Source of the DNA: Octopus bimaculoides
Lineage: Eukaryota
Length of the DNA stretch: 64,000 nt
Direction: 5' to 3'
Assembly (NCBI RefSeq): GCF_001194135.2
Contig: NC_068999.1
Coordinates: 51,444,855 to 51,508,854, forward strand
Part shown: in pieces, positions 13,154 through 26,143 of the stretch
Numbering within the stretch: the first letter of the stretch is position 1
How the letters are laid out: every line of letters begins with the position of its first letter
Program-made: the position numbers and the translations under genes
The notes under the pieces: generated by a model
The model's input: the letters and a program-made list of their open reading frames with translations, nothing else
The model's database searches: none
What the model was told of the DNA's origin: nothing

Positions 13154-14434
13154 TACACATGGTTATTCATCATACCACCAAGTTCCTGTCATCATCATCA
13201 TTTCGCTGTTAATTGCACATTTGTAACAATCATATCGAGCAGCAGCGATAAGCGGTCTAATGGAAAATTTAAATACTCTCGTTTATAAAGTCATAAAGCT
13301 ATCGAAAATAAATCCGCACACTTTTAACTGTTTTGTATATCGTATTCCTCTCATCTCATTCAACCACTGTCGCCCACTATCTCATCTCATATCATCCAAC
13401 CAGTAGCACTCACTATTGACATCTGTGTCAAATACTTGCCCAATAATACCCCACTGTCTATGTCTAATATTAACCAATATCCAAGCTAATCCGCAAAACC
13501 GATCAGTGGGACACGTAGTTGATAAGCTTTTACGAGTCATGGAATAAAAGGAATAATATTAACAGCCGATACCTCTATTCTACGTTGGGAAACCTTGCAA
13601 TATGTAAATCTCATTTAATCCAAGATAGATGTTACACGCGATCGATATTCGGATATACGGTCGTTTTCTTTCGATAAGTACGCTCTATAAAGCATGAATG
13701 TATAAATCCCAGGTCTGTATTAAATCTATTTTGCAACAGTTTTATGCATCAATTCAAAATGTAATACAGAGAATTAGATTAATCTATATCAGAAACGAGA
13801 GAAATGTGCAGCAATTTAATAGCGAAGAATTCTCACCTAGGGAGCTGATTCGTGTTTGGTGTCGTTTAAACTTTGAAAATTCGATAGAATCAGTTATAAA
13901 AGATGGAAATTGAATACAATTTTAGAAAAAAAGATTATCATTCTTAGCTTTGGCTTCTGTTCTTCTGCCGTGCGTGTTGTGTATAAGTTAACAAGATGTT
14001 GAATTTTAAAGCATTATAACTAATCGGAATTTATCATATGATATCTTCATTGGTGAAAATATTATAGAATTGGCTGACAGTTGAGTCCTCGATCTGCTAG
14101 ATTTAATCCGTATTTGTTAAGGTTCTTAGAGAGGTGATAGTTGAGTTGATAAAATTAATGGACAATTTTTGGCACTGGAGGAAAACACACTCACGCACGC
14201 ACACACACGCGCGCACATACGCAATACACAACACACAATATTATACAACACATATGATCATGCATGCAGAAATATACACATATAGATAGAAATTTTGTAA
14301 AGAGAGCGGAAAGGAAAAGAGAGAACGAGAGAAACATTTAAATTTCTGAAACCTGATAAGTCAGCTTCGAATCAGAAACACCAAATCAGCCGTTGCGTGT
14401 GTGGGGGGGGGGGGGGGGGGGGTATGTGTATGTG

Positions 14435-14635
14435 TGTGTTTGCACCATCCCCCACCAACCGGTGTTGGTCTGTTTTGCGACCCCATAACATAGCGGTTCA
14501 GCAAACGTGGAAGATAGAATAAGTACAAGGCTTTAAAAATAGTTTTGGTATCGATTCATTCGATTAAAAATTCTTCAATGCGGTATCCCAGCATGGCCGC
14601 AGTCTAATGACTGAAACAGATAAAAGATAAAAGAT
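14435..14635 (+). mobile_element. SINE family C, 3' half
   Basis: aaccggtgttggt...gatagaataagtac...cccagcatggccgcagtctaatgactgaaacagataaaagataaaag; tail shared with 16731, 39232, 43103, 54630, 62582. Confidence 0.85.
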
Positions 14636-15384
14636 GTATATCCAACGATCAAACCACTCTGCTAATTTGCCGTCCTGAAAATCAATGATGATAGAAAATT
14701 AAGTTTAGTCATCGGCGGTAACAAACTAATTATGTCACTTTCTCCCATGCTGATAAAATTATTTACCAGTGAAATACTAGTGTCAAACCACTTAGCCTCA
14801 ACATAATTTCAATGTTTCACTTCTGAGAAAAACATGGTAAAATTTGAATTTGTGTCTAATCAAAAACATGTCATCTCTCTCATAGCTGTCTATGTGAAGT
14901 AAAATAACCTGAGCTTCAAATCGAAAAATTCTTGGGAAATTAACTCGACAAAAGCTTGCTTTTAATTCAATTCTTTATTAGTTCAAATTACTGCTGCTCT
15001 GTTTCCTCTTGGAGAAATTCCAAAAGGGAAAAAGAAATTACGGTGAAACCCGCCTGGTGAGAGGCAAAACACGCAGCTATTACAGACCAAGCTGGTTTGC
15101 TAATTATTCTATGACTTAGTACAGTGTACTGTTCCGCTGAGAAGCATTTATCCACAAGTATTATTGACTCTCTGTCTACTTAGTATTAAGGTATAATGGT
15201 GTTTCACTAATTTAAGAGCGAGCATAACCTATGGTTAAGGACTTCGCTTCGTAACAGCACTTTCGCATTCGAACCCTCAACGCGCTACTTTCTATGAGTG
15301 ATTTCTGCTACACCCTCCAACTGGACGGTAACTTTTTGAACAAAAGCTTGCTTGACCAATACCATCTAGTAGCCTGTCATATAC

Positions 15385-15419
<35 letters not shown>

Positions 15420-15427
15420 TAGATAAT

Positions 15428-15571
15428 TATTTACATTATTTACATTTGACGGACATTTGTCCTCATCTTGTTTGTTGTTAACACAACGTTTCGGCTGATA
15501 TACCCTCCAGCCTTCATCAGGTGTCTCGAGAAAATTTCTGGGTTCTCATTCCTAAGGTATTTTTGATGATG

Positions 15572-15636
<65 letters not shown>

Positions 15637-15718
15637 GTTGTTGTTATTATTATTATTATTATTCTGGTCACTGCCAGGAATCGAACTCAGAATCTTGGGG
15701 GTTAGTAGCCCACGCTAT
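15428..15718 (-). mobile_element. SINE-like element: tRNA-like head + (AAT)n + hammerhead ribozyme + 9-bp tandem tail
   Basis: Minus strand: head remnant with B box GAGTTCGATTCC (15677-15688), (AAT)n 15573-15663, hammerhead 15480-15525, terminal ATGTAAATA x2 (15428-15445). Confidence 0.75.
15480..15525 (-). ncRNA. Minimal type I hammerhead ribozyme motif
   Basis: GACAC-CUGAUGA-A-GGCUG-gagggtatat-CAGCC-GAAA-CGUU-GUGUU: intact core, 5-bp stem II, stem I (4 Watson-Crick pairs + 1 GU), palindromic ACGU stem III. Confidence 0.85.
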
Positions 15719-16433
15719 GATTATCATGGTATATAAGTAAAATTGTGAAATAGTGGATGCTTACGAAGTCCTGCATTTAATTTCCATTCTGGGGTAAGAC
15801 AAAGGACAGCTGGAAAAAACGAATAGTTTAAATATGGAATGTTGACAACGAAAGTAACAAATAACAAAATCTAGAAGCTCTGGGAAATTGGGATTCATTG
15901 TTTATCAACAATAACAGGCCTAGGTGTAAGTTTTCACTCTCAGAAACGAAGAAATGCAGCGTTTGGTATCGTGCAAGTGTTGGTAAAAGATTTTTTGTTG
16001 TTTTTTGTTTCTAATATTTTTTCTCAACTCTGAGCAGGTTTATATAAACAAAAAAAAAGATAAAGAAAAATAATATTAAAGTGATAAAAAAGGAACAGGT
16101 TTATCCGTAACTTTTTGGGGGAAAGTGATTCTCCTGGCAGCTGTTTTTCAACTTGAAAAGGTTAAGATTATAAGAAAGAAAAAGAGAGTTTGCCAGCTGC
16201 AAGATATTACGATAAATACTTTACGAACTGATCTAAGATATCTCGTTACATAGTAACTATTCTTGTTTATATTTGAAAGAACTGAAAAAACAACGAAAAA
16301 ACATATTGTTAATGGTCTACATACATAGGATAGATTATGTTTAATTACCGTTTGACCTATATCAATAATCAATTCTGACGAGTTAACCTTGATATTTATT
16401 TGCATTACCTGTAGCAATTAATAAAAGCGCATA

Positions 16434-16512
<79 letters not shown>

Positions 16513-16730
16513 CCGAATTTGTTGTGATCATGTAGATAAAAAAGACAATGATACGCCTTTGAAGCTTTCATTGTTATTTTGTTTTTATACTTCTTTTTTT
16601 TGTATTAAATTACTTTTACAGTAACAGTGCCTACCTGTTATTATCTTAGCATTTCCTGATTTTCGTCGCCATTTCTTTTTATTGCCTGTTTCTTCAAGTC
16701 TTATGTGTTTTTTTTAATATCTTTTCTACT

Positions 16731-16858
16731 TTTTATCTTTTACTTGTTTCAGTCATTAGACGGCGGCCATGTTGGAGCACCGCCATGAAGGGTTTTCAGT
16801 TGAATGCATCGACTTCTGTACTTAATTGCTTTAAAAGCCAGGTACTTCTTCTAGCGGT
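16731..16858 (-). mobile_element. SINE family C tail
   Basis: ttttatcttttacttgtttcagtcattagacggcggccatgttggagcaccgcc. Confidence 0.85.
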
Positions 16859-17036
16859 GTATTTTGGAGAAACACTATTTGATATATATATATATACGTG
16901 TGTCTAAGTATGTTCACACATATTCATGAATACATTTCATATATGTACATGATGTATACATATGTACAAATATGAATGCGTGCATATAATATATATTGTT
17001 TGTATTATATACTACCATCTATATGGATGAACATAC

Positions 17037-17392
17037 TCAACAAAAACACCACCCCTCAAACAAACAATCATATATAAAAAAATTATTTTATCTTATTTTA
17101 TCTTCGTGTTATTTATTTGTCTAGCAGGACTGGTATTTCGAATTTTTAGTCGCTTTATTTTAACTTTTAGATCATTTGTATTCTATTATATAAAAAATAT
17201 ATCTTACGTTTTTTATATATATTTTTAACTCGAATTAGATATATTTGTATTTTATTAGAATATATGCTTTTTAAAATTGTACATTTTATATATATGTATT
17301 ATTTTTATATTTTATACTTTTCTTATATGTTTGTGGACCATGGTGTATTTTTTATATATGATTGTTTGTTTGTGGGGTGGTGTTTTTGTTGA
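17037..17392. mobile_element. Foldback/MITE-like element with 45-bp inverted arms
   Basis: 17037-17081 tcaacaaaaacaccacccctcaaacaaacaatcatatataaaaaa is the reverse complement of 17348-17392 with one mismatch; very AT-rich interior. Confidence 0.7.
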
Positions 17393-17434
17393 ATCGTTGA
17401 CCCGACCATAATGTTTTTATTCTGTCACTAATGC

Positions 17435-17479
<45 letters not shown>

Positions 17480-18431
17480 CACACACACACACACACATAC
17501 ATATATATATACACACACACATATGCATATATATACAGTATATTATGTAAATAATAATAATAATATTTTATAAGTTTAATGCTTATAAGCGATCACTCTG
17601 AATTGACTAAAAAAGAAGTCTAATATTGTCGCATAATATAAGCCCTCGACGGAAAACAAACGGGTTGGCAAATAACATTGCAAAGAAACTTCTTAACCCT
17701 TAATTTTACCAACGGATTCATCTCTAATTTGCCATATAATCTCTTGATTTTTAACCAATATTGTCTTCTAGAGTCTATTTTTCTAAGAATTTTCTTGTTT
17801 TTTTTCTTTTTTGCAAGCAAGCAAAAATTACCCACTTTAGTAAATGGATATATATTACATATCGATTTATATTAAATTTCCAAATATGGAAACATGTGAT
17901 ATAGGATCGTTCAATTTCAATATTAGCGTCAAAAACAGATGTCAAAATTACTGAATATTGGATTTTAAATCCAGTGAACTCGAAACGGGTTTTGATACTG
18001 CATTATTAACCAAAACCTATTTATATGTGTTTCTCTAATTTTCCAAAATATTATTTCAAAATTTAATAGAACAATTTTAATCAAATATACATATATACAG
18101 ATCTTACGTCAATAAATAATAATAATATACGGGTATGTGTTTATAATTGTCGGTGTATGGTTGGGTGTGTTTGAATACATATAGCATTCATTTATACACT
18201 TGATTTAAATGTTTTAAGAATATTTCGGCATCACGTGAGCCATAACATATTCTAAATTATTTTTATTTTCAATGTAATATTAATCAATATATAACATATT
18301 TCTTTCAAAAAAATATTAGCTGCCCGAGAAAATATACATTCCTTGTATTAGAAAAAGACATGTCAATGCCATTTTTTGGACACTTCCAATGTCCACTGTT
18401 ACTAGCCATTCATTGTATGTTGCTAGCTGCT

Positions 18432-18826
18432 TCATTGTATGAAATCAATTTCATTTCTCGTTCTATCTCCAGGAATTTTCCTTGTCCATTTTCTAACATT
18501 TCTTTTGGTGAAAAAGGTGGTTTCTAAGCTCATTTTTGCGTAGTATGTGAATTCAATTACTCTTTTTCCTCTTTCATTTCTTATTCCATATCTGTATTCT
18601 CCAGTAACATTTTCACTTTTATTATTCTTAATGTTCATTTTTGCGTTAAAATTCCCTAGCACTAAAATATGGGTTCACTTTCCCATCTTTCATGACACTC
18701 TTATGTTGCCTGTAAAATACTTCAGTCCCTCCACCATCACAGCCACTAGTTCGTGCATACACTTGGATGATGTTAATTTTATAATTTTTGTTCAGTTTGA
18801 CGGTTATTTTGAGCATCCGCTCATTT
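18432..18826 (-). mobile_element. RTE-clade LINE apurinic endonuclease fragment (central and C-terminal part, frameshifted)
   Basis: NERMLKITVKLNKNYKINIIQVYART, then LGNFNAKM...YGIRNERGKRVIEF...TTFFTKRNVRKWTRKIPGDRTRNEIDFI; canonical QVYAPT, GDFNAK, RNERG, W(T)W and NxIDY motifs. Confidence 0.9.
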
Positions 18827-18829
18827 AAT

Positions 18830-19096
18830 GCTTTGTATGCTCGTCAAACCAGTATGATCTCAAACCCAAATTCACGGCCTCCAGTCCCCAGCAGTAATAC
18901 AAACCCAGACTACGATGCCGGTATGGTGAATAGTAGAGCAAGAGGTGCTAATAATTTCTGGATCAGAACCGGTCACTTTTGGAACTTGATGATACCTGCG
19001 AATAACGTACGTGGTTTTGTGGATGATACTGGAATTTTGGACTTAAAACATGCATTAGACAACATAAATTGGAAAATTGTTCGACTTGCAAGAAAT
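18830..19096 (+). mobile_element. N-terminal part of an RTE endonuclease ORF, in inverted orientation
   Basis: GANNFWIRTGHFWNLMIPANNVRGFVDDTGILDLKHALDNINWKIVRL fits the RTE N-terminal pattern (YNVR...L..L...L..I.W.I.GL). Confidence 0.75.
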
Positions 19097-19527
19097 AGCA
19101 ACGACATCTCCATTTAAATTGTACTCTTCAGATTTAGTAAAGGAAGAAGACATTCGATAACGCTAAGTTGTTGCCTGAAACGGAAGACAAAAGAGGGGAG
19201 AAAAATGATCGCTAGAATGCTTTTCATCATAGAGCTAGCTAGTCGATCGCTGCCAAAGTGCAGTTAACCACCACAATAAACAACAACAACAAAAACCGCA
19301 ACAAGATGTAGAATAGGTTGACTTCTGTCAATTTATATAGTCACTATGATGGACTAATTCACAAATACAAAGAAAACTTTATGGAAGTCTGTCTATAAGA
19401 GAAATCAGTTCATCGTACTTGCTCTATACATCATACGGTTATTTATTTAAATCGACGTCTCATTTCTTCCGGATATAATCCAGTTTCACAGTAAGCCGTA
19501 TACACAGTACAAGACACTGTATATACA

Positions 19528-19654
<127 letters not shown>

Positions 19655-20482
19655 CTGTGTTTCGTATTTTCTATGTTGCGTTTTAGTCAGACCAGAAATG
19701 GCACCACACGGCTGTGTTTCATTAATACATCATGTTTAGAAACCAACCACTCGAACATGCAACATAAACACATCTAAATACGTAGCAACATACACGCACT
19801 CACGCACAGGCATACAAAATCACTAATACACGCAAGCACATGTGTGTGCGCGTGTGTGTATGCGCGTGTGTGTGTATCAGGTGTACATATATATGTGTGT
19901 ATGTATGTTTATGTGCGTATATGTGGGTGTGGAGACAGACGTGCATATATTTATACTTATGTATATACGCATGTATCTATATATGTGTGTGTGTGTGTAT
20001 GTGTGTATGTGTGTATGTATGCATGAATGTATGTGAATATATACACACATATATATGAGTGTGTGTATATATATGTATATATTTACATGTATATATATAT
20101 ATATATNNNNNNNNNNNNNNNNNNNNNNNNNNNNNNNNNNNNNNNNNNNNNNNNNNNNNNNNNNNNNNNNNNNNNNNNNNNNNNNNNNNNNNNNNNNNNN
20201 NNNNNNNNNNNNNNNNNNNNNNNNNNNNNNNNNNNNNNNNNNNNNNNNNNNNNNNNNNNNNNNNNNNNNNNNNNNNNNNNNNNNNNNNNNNNNNNNNNNN
20301 NNNNNNNNNNNNNNNNNNNNNNNNNNNNNNNNNNNNNNNNNNNNNNNNNNNNNNNNNNNNNNNNNNNNNNNNNNNNNNNNNNNNNNNNNNNNNNNNNNNN
20401 NNNNNNNNNNNNNNNNNNNNNNNNNNNNNNNNNNNNNNNNNNNNNNNNNNNNNNTATGTATGTATGTATATGTATATATATG

Positions 20483-20553
<71 letters not shown>

Positions 20554-21006
20554 ATGTACATATACATACATATATGTGCGTATGGACGTGTATGCGTGCA
20601 ACAAGGATATATATATATGCGGATGGTTTTGTTAGGATATGTATAGGTTAACAGATTCTTTGATGTGCATGATACTATGTTGCTAGATGTTTTGATATCA
20701 TTAAGAGCAAAGATGGATCGTTTCCCTAAGTCGTTTATACAGGTTTTCGCTATCGAACTATGAGTCTTTTTCCCTGGCTTTGAATATTACCATTATCAAT
20801 ACTCATATACGATAGACCGTCTCATATGCAAGGATTATATATAAGGAGCAGAGTAACAATATACTTATAAAAATGCTCACACACATTCCTCGCATATGAA
20901 CATAAGTAAGTATGTACGTATGCATGGATGTATGTGTACATATTTATAGATTAGATAGAGAGAGAGAGATACGTAGATAGGTTGGCAGATAAATAGATAG
21001 ATAGAC

Positions 21007-21072
<66 letters not shown>

Positions 21073-21824
21073 TAAAGACACGTAGCCGAGTGGTTAGGCT
21101 GTTAGGCTGGCGATGGAAAGTTCACGGTTTCGATACTTTCCACGGACGGCGCGAAACGTCCTTGTAGAAGGCATATAATTCCGTGCTGCTCCGGTCCACC
21201 ATGCTGAAAATCAGTGCCATCCGACTGCTGACACATACCTCACTCCCCCCACCCCAGCTGTCACTACATTGGTGTTTTGCTAGGTTGAGAGTATATATAT
21301 ATATATATATATATATATNNNNNNNNNNNNNNNNNNNNNNNNNNNNNNNNNNNNNNNNNNNNNNNNNNNNNNNNNNNNNNNNNNNNNNNNNNNNNNNNNN
21401 NNNNNNNNNNNNNNNNNNNNNNNNNNNNNNNNNNNNNNNNNNNNNNNNNNNNNNNNNNNNNNNNNNNNNNNNNNNNNNNNNNNNNNNNNNNNNNNNNNNN
21501 NNNNNNNNNNNNNNNNNNNNNNNNNNNNNNNNNATATATATATATATAGATATAGATATATATATAAGTGTATATGTACATATGCGCATATATGTATGTA
21601 TATATGTGTGTTTGTGCGTGTGTGTGTGTGTGTGTGTGCATAAAAGTATATATTTATGTATGTACATGCATTTGTATATATGCGTATGTACGTATGTATT
21701 ACTGTATGACTATCGACCAGATTATCAGACGTGGTAATACGCTACTTGTTACAATGTGCTTCCTCACATTGTTGTAGCTTTCGAAATATGTCATTCGGCT
21801 GACAAGGCGTCAAGGCCAACAATC

Positions 21825-21935
21825 CCCCTGAACGGGACGCTAGTCCATCGCATGGTGATCCGTTTAAAGTCGGGTGAACTGGAGTAGGTGAAATGAAGAA
21901 TTTGACTCAAGAACATAACGCACCACCGGTCATTA
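21825..21935 (-). mobile_element. SINE fragment (family B-like core plus gcgatggactagcgtcccgttcaggg block)
   Basis: Minus strand gcgttatgttcttgagtcaa...ctccagttcacc...gcgatggactagcgtccc; last block similar to 44905-44927. Confidence 0.6.
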
Positions 21936-22157
21936 CAATCTTGCGATTTTCAGTTCCACGCTAGGTCACGTGCCGTCACCATTCTTATTTATAATAAATG
22001 AAACTGAAACGACGACAGATAGAAAGCAGATACGTATATTGAGTGTACAACCAGCCGGGAGACAGACACAGAAGGTTCCTTATTCTTCATCAATTATCAA
22101 CCGAATGGTGATACTCAGTTTCGCACCATCAGTGATAAGATATATGCGTGCGTGCGA

Positions 22158-22200
<43 letters not shown>

Positions 22201-22295
22201 TGTGTGGAAGGGGATGTATACATTCATATGAGACGTGCGGTTATATCGAGTTATAAATACAAGCATCCTTACATATAAAAATAGCTGCTTAGGGG

Positions 22296-22335
<40 letters not shown>

Positions 22336-23130
22336 CAAGCACATAGACACACACGCGCACATACACACACACACTCTTGCAGAGACTCAAACATACATAC
22401 ATACATCCAAACATACATACATACATACATCCATACATACATCCATCCATACATACATACATACATACATACATACATACAGATCTACAGGCACACATAC
22501 ATACAGATACATACAGATACATACACATATAATCACATTAGACGAACACTCGTGCAATATGGATAGATATGTCTGTGAATGTGTTATATATGTCAAAAAT
22601 TACGACCTTTCTTTCCATATTAAGAAATAGTTAATACAATTAACAACCTCATATAAATATCTCAGCTATAAGCGTTTCAAGCAAAGAAAAATGTAAATCT
22701 ACATTGGTTTTTTTTTGGGGGGGGGGGCTTTTTTTCATGTGTTAGATTTGGGCGCCATACCTAATTTTTCGTATTTTCTGTCTATGTTTTTGCTCTGTTA
22801 TTTTTAGGTATTCTCAATGTCTTCCGTTTTATCTTTTTCATTCATTTGAATGTATGTGACTGTATACGTGCGTATGTGCGTTTGTGTATGTATGTAAGTA
22901 TGTGTAAGTATGTATGTATGTGTAGGCGTAGGTGTAGGTGCTATATAATTTTTTTTTTTTTTTATCCTAAACGAAAAAATATTGGAGGTGAGAAAATTAT
23001 ATTTTATTTTGTTTGTGAGGGTGTCTGTAAGTGTTTGTCATTATGCAACACCTCTCCGTCCCTCATTCTTCAGAAAAAATAAAGACGCCATCTTTTTTTT
23101 ATCAATATTTTTATCATCATTATTATTACT

Positions 23131-23346
23131 AAACGTGGCGAACTGACAGAATCGTTAGGAGGCTAAGCAAAATGCTTCGCGGCATTTCGTCTGTCTTTAC
23201 GTTCTGAGTTCAAATTCCGCTGAGGTCGACTTTGCTTTTCACCCTTTCGGGGTTGGTTAAATAAGTACCAGTTACGCTCTGAGATTAATCTAATCAACTT
23301 AATCCCTCCCCACCGAATTTCAGGCTTTGTGCCTTTTGTAGAAAGG
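23131..23346 (+). mobile_element. SINE family A, full length
   Basis: gacagaatcgttag...gagttcaaattccgctgaggtcgactttgc...gccttttgtagaaagg. Confidence 0.9.
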
Positions 23347-23359
23347 ATTATTATTATTT

Positions 23360-23574
23360 AAGGCCGCGAGCTGGCAGAATCGTTACTGCGCCGGGCAAAA
23401 TACCTTAGCAGCATTTTGACCGTCTTTACATTCTGAGTTCAAGTTCAGCCGAGGTCGACTTTGCCTTTGATCCTTTCGAGATCGACAAAATTAATACCAG
23501 TTGAGCACTGTGATCGATGTCATCGACTAGATCCCGCCCTCAAAATGTCATTCTTGTGCCTATAGTCGAAAGAA
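23360..23574 (+). mobile_element. SINE family A, tandem to the previous copy via (ATT)n
   Basis: aaggccgcgagctggcagaatcgtt...gaggtcgactttgcc...gtcgatgtcatcgact-like hairpin. Confidence 0.9.
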
Positions 23575-25790
23575 GTGTTTTTCTTTTACTGTAAAGACTT
23601 ATGAAACAATCAAAACAGTGAACAGTATTTCTGTGTCTGTAGCGATTGGATAGAATAGGCGAAGTAATAATGATAATGATAATACTAATAATAATAATTT
23701 TGTTAACCAAGAGGGTTCGACGAGATATAGAAAATATGAAGAGAAGCTAACCGACACTGCTACCAGTATTGAAGGAATCATCTCCCACCTTCACCAACGT
23801 AGATATCGAAATTGATGTTAGCTGTTAAAGCAGATGAAATTAACAAAGTATCATAACTTGTATATTCTCTCAAGAATGGGGAAAATATTTGTAACATTCA
23901 AAATTTCCTCTTCTTCTTCAACATAACAATAATGTTACAAAGACGTAGTAAATCTAAATTCAATTAGAGAAAATAAGATGTTATTACAAGTTAAACAAGA
24001 ACTGCTTGAAGACGTCTCTTTTCAGTAAAATCCAATGAGAGCACCCACAGCAATAATAATAAAAATGATGATCGCAACAACAACATTTAGAACCTTAATA
24101 AAATGCCATTGGGAATAATAAAATATATGCTGACAAATACAAAACCAAAATTTCCATCGACTTCGCATGTATGCACAAAATAGAAAATAGCACTAAAAGA
24201 CACTAAACACATTATGTACATCATTTTCAATAGAAAACATAAAACTACAATATAAATCTATTTGCGCCGAAGGTGCACAAAGCTGCGTTTGGAAACAGAG
24301 TTAAAGCACTTAGCAAAAGTAAGGCTATTGAATAAAATAATAGTAATGATAATAACAAACTTTTCTGTTATAGTCACAAGACATGAAATTTGGGGAAGAG
24401 GCTAGTTGATTACATCGACCCCCAGTCGCATTGATGTAACGGTTAGCACGGCAACACGGTTAACACGGTTTATTGTGGACGTGTATGCATTTCAAGATAT
24501 TACTTGAAATCAGATACACTGATTTAAAACACTTATTTAAAACAGTATCGTTCATCTAAGTAGGAAAACCCCACCACAAACTCCAGCTGTTTCTGATAAC
24601 ACCACCAATAGCAAATACACTTAATATCTCAACTAGTGTGATATGTTTATGAGGACTAACATAGCGCTGCTGCTATTGTTATCACGGCGGTTCTAAATGC
24701 AAGCACACCATATTTATACTCCTGTTTGTTTAGTGTTTATTTTGTTTTGTTTTGCATTTTTGTTGTTTTTATTCAGTTTCAATTTTCCGGAAATCACCTC
24801 TAAACCGGAAATTATTGTCTTTGTGTGACGGTTCTGAGAAAGAGATATTAGATTATTGCGAGATTTTCGTGGAAGCTTTATTTGCCAATTGTATCAAAGT
24901 GAACACCAATCAAACGGAAGATTCCATCGTGACTTTTCAAGCCGATAACATTCTTCATGCGAAACGTAATTTTCTCAAATGTAAATTGAAACAAAGATGA
25001 CGTTAAAATATGGCGATCGACTAGTGCCTTTTCTTAAATAAATGCTCCTAGCGTGATTAAAGTAAGATTAATGATAAAGGTTAGCATTTCTGTTAGCTAG
25101 GTAGGAATGTAATGAAAACGGCAAAGCAACAAGATATGAAGTATTATAATTGGTGCCGGTGTTGTTATTGTTATTGCTATTGGCGGTGAGTGCGGAAGTA
25201 GCGTTGATGGTGGTGAAAGTGGTGGTGGTGATATTAATGGAAGGAACGGTAGTAGTGGTGGAGGTTGTTGTTATTTTATTTATTTATCATTATTCTTCAG
25301 ATTCACTAATTACTTTTTTCAGTTTCCCTCAAGAAGAGATTTAGAGATAATGGTAAAAATACGCTCTCTTGGCTTTTCTCCAGTTTCGACAATATTCTCT
25401 CTAAAATTCCTTACAAACAACGCGACGTTCTTTTTTGGAAATCTATTATTTCTTGAGATGTCTTAAAGAGTCTTGGATTTGTTTCACTACAATTCTATGT
25501 TACTTTGTTTGTATACGAAATATCAACATCCAATTGTTTCTTTGTGAAAATTGCGTGTAATTCAATGCACCTCTGGTCGTTTAATTTACTGAGAAATAGA
25601 CGAAATATATTTTTACGAATATTATCTAAAGATTTTGTCATCATCTTCAGAGAGATATTTACCCGGGTACTGTTTATAACTATCGCATCCAGATTGAAGT
25701 ATCAATACCTTTATTCCTGTGGGTCGTTGTAGCATATCACATGTGGTCTACCTTCAACACTGTACACGATTCGAAATAGGAGAATTTAAC

Positions 25791-26143
25791 TATTGGGTTG
25801 TCCGGAAAGTTCGTGCCGATTTTCCAAAAGGTTCTTCTCACTCAACTCATGTGGTACCCAAACATCGTAGCGATTTACCAGGTGCTCATGAACGACGGAT
25901 TTTGATAGGTTGAGGCTTTCTGCCAATTCTCGGGTTGTGCAATGTGGGTTATTCTCAATTAATGACTTGATTTGGTCATCATCTGTGGTGGATGGTCTGC
26001 CTGATCGCTCTTTATCAATAAGGCTACAATCTCCAGCTCGGAACCTTGCGAACCACTTCCCTACAGTTCTTTCGGATAAAGAAACATCACCGTAAACTGC
26101 GCATATTTCTTTGGTTGTTTGTGAGGCTTTTTTCCCTTTGCAG
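25791..26143 (-). mobile_element. Mariner transposase deletion derivative (HTH + WVPHEL joined to a TIR)
   Basis: CKGKKASQTTKEICAVYG...KWFARFRAGDCSL...RSGRP...TTRELA...WVPHELSEKNL; TA followed by ttgggttgtccggaaagttcgtgccgattt (TIR-like); other end lies in the gap. Confidence 0.92.

Noticed and set aside
24752-25000. 82-aa non-repetitive ORF after a pyrimidine tract
   Set aside because: No domain recognised; length is within chance for AT-rich DNA.
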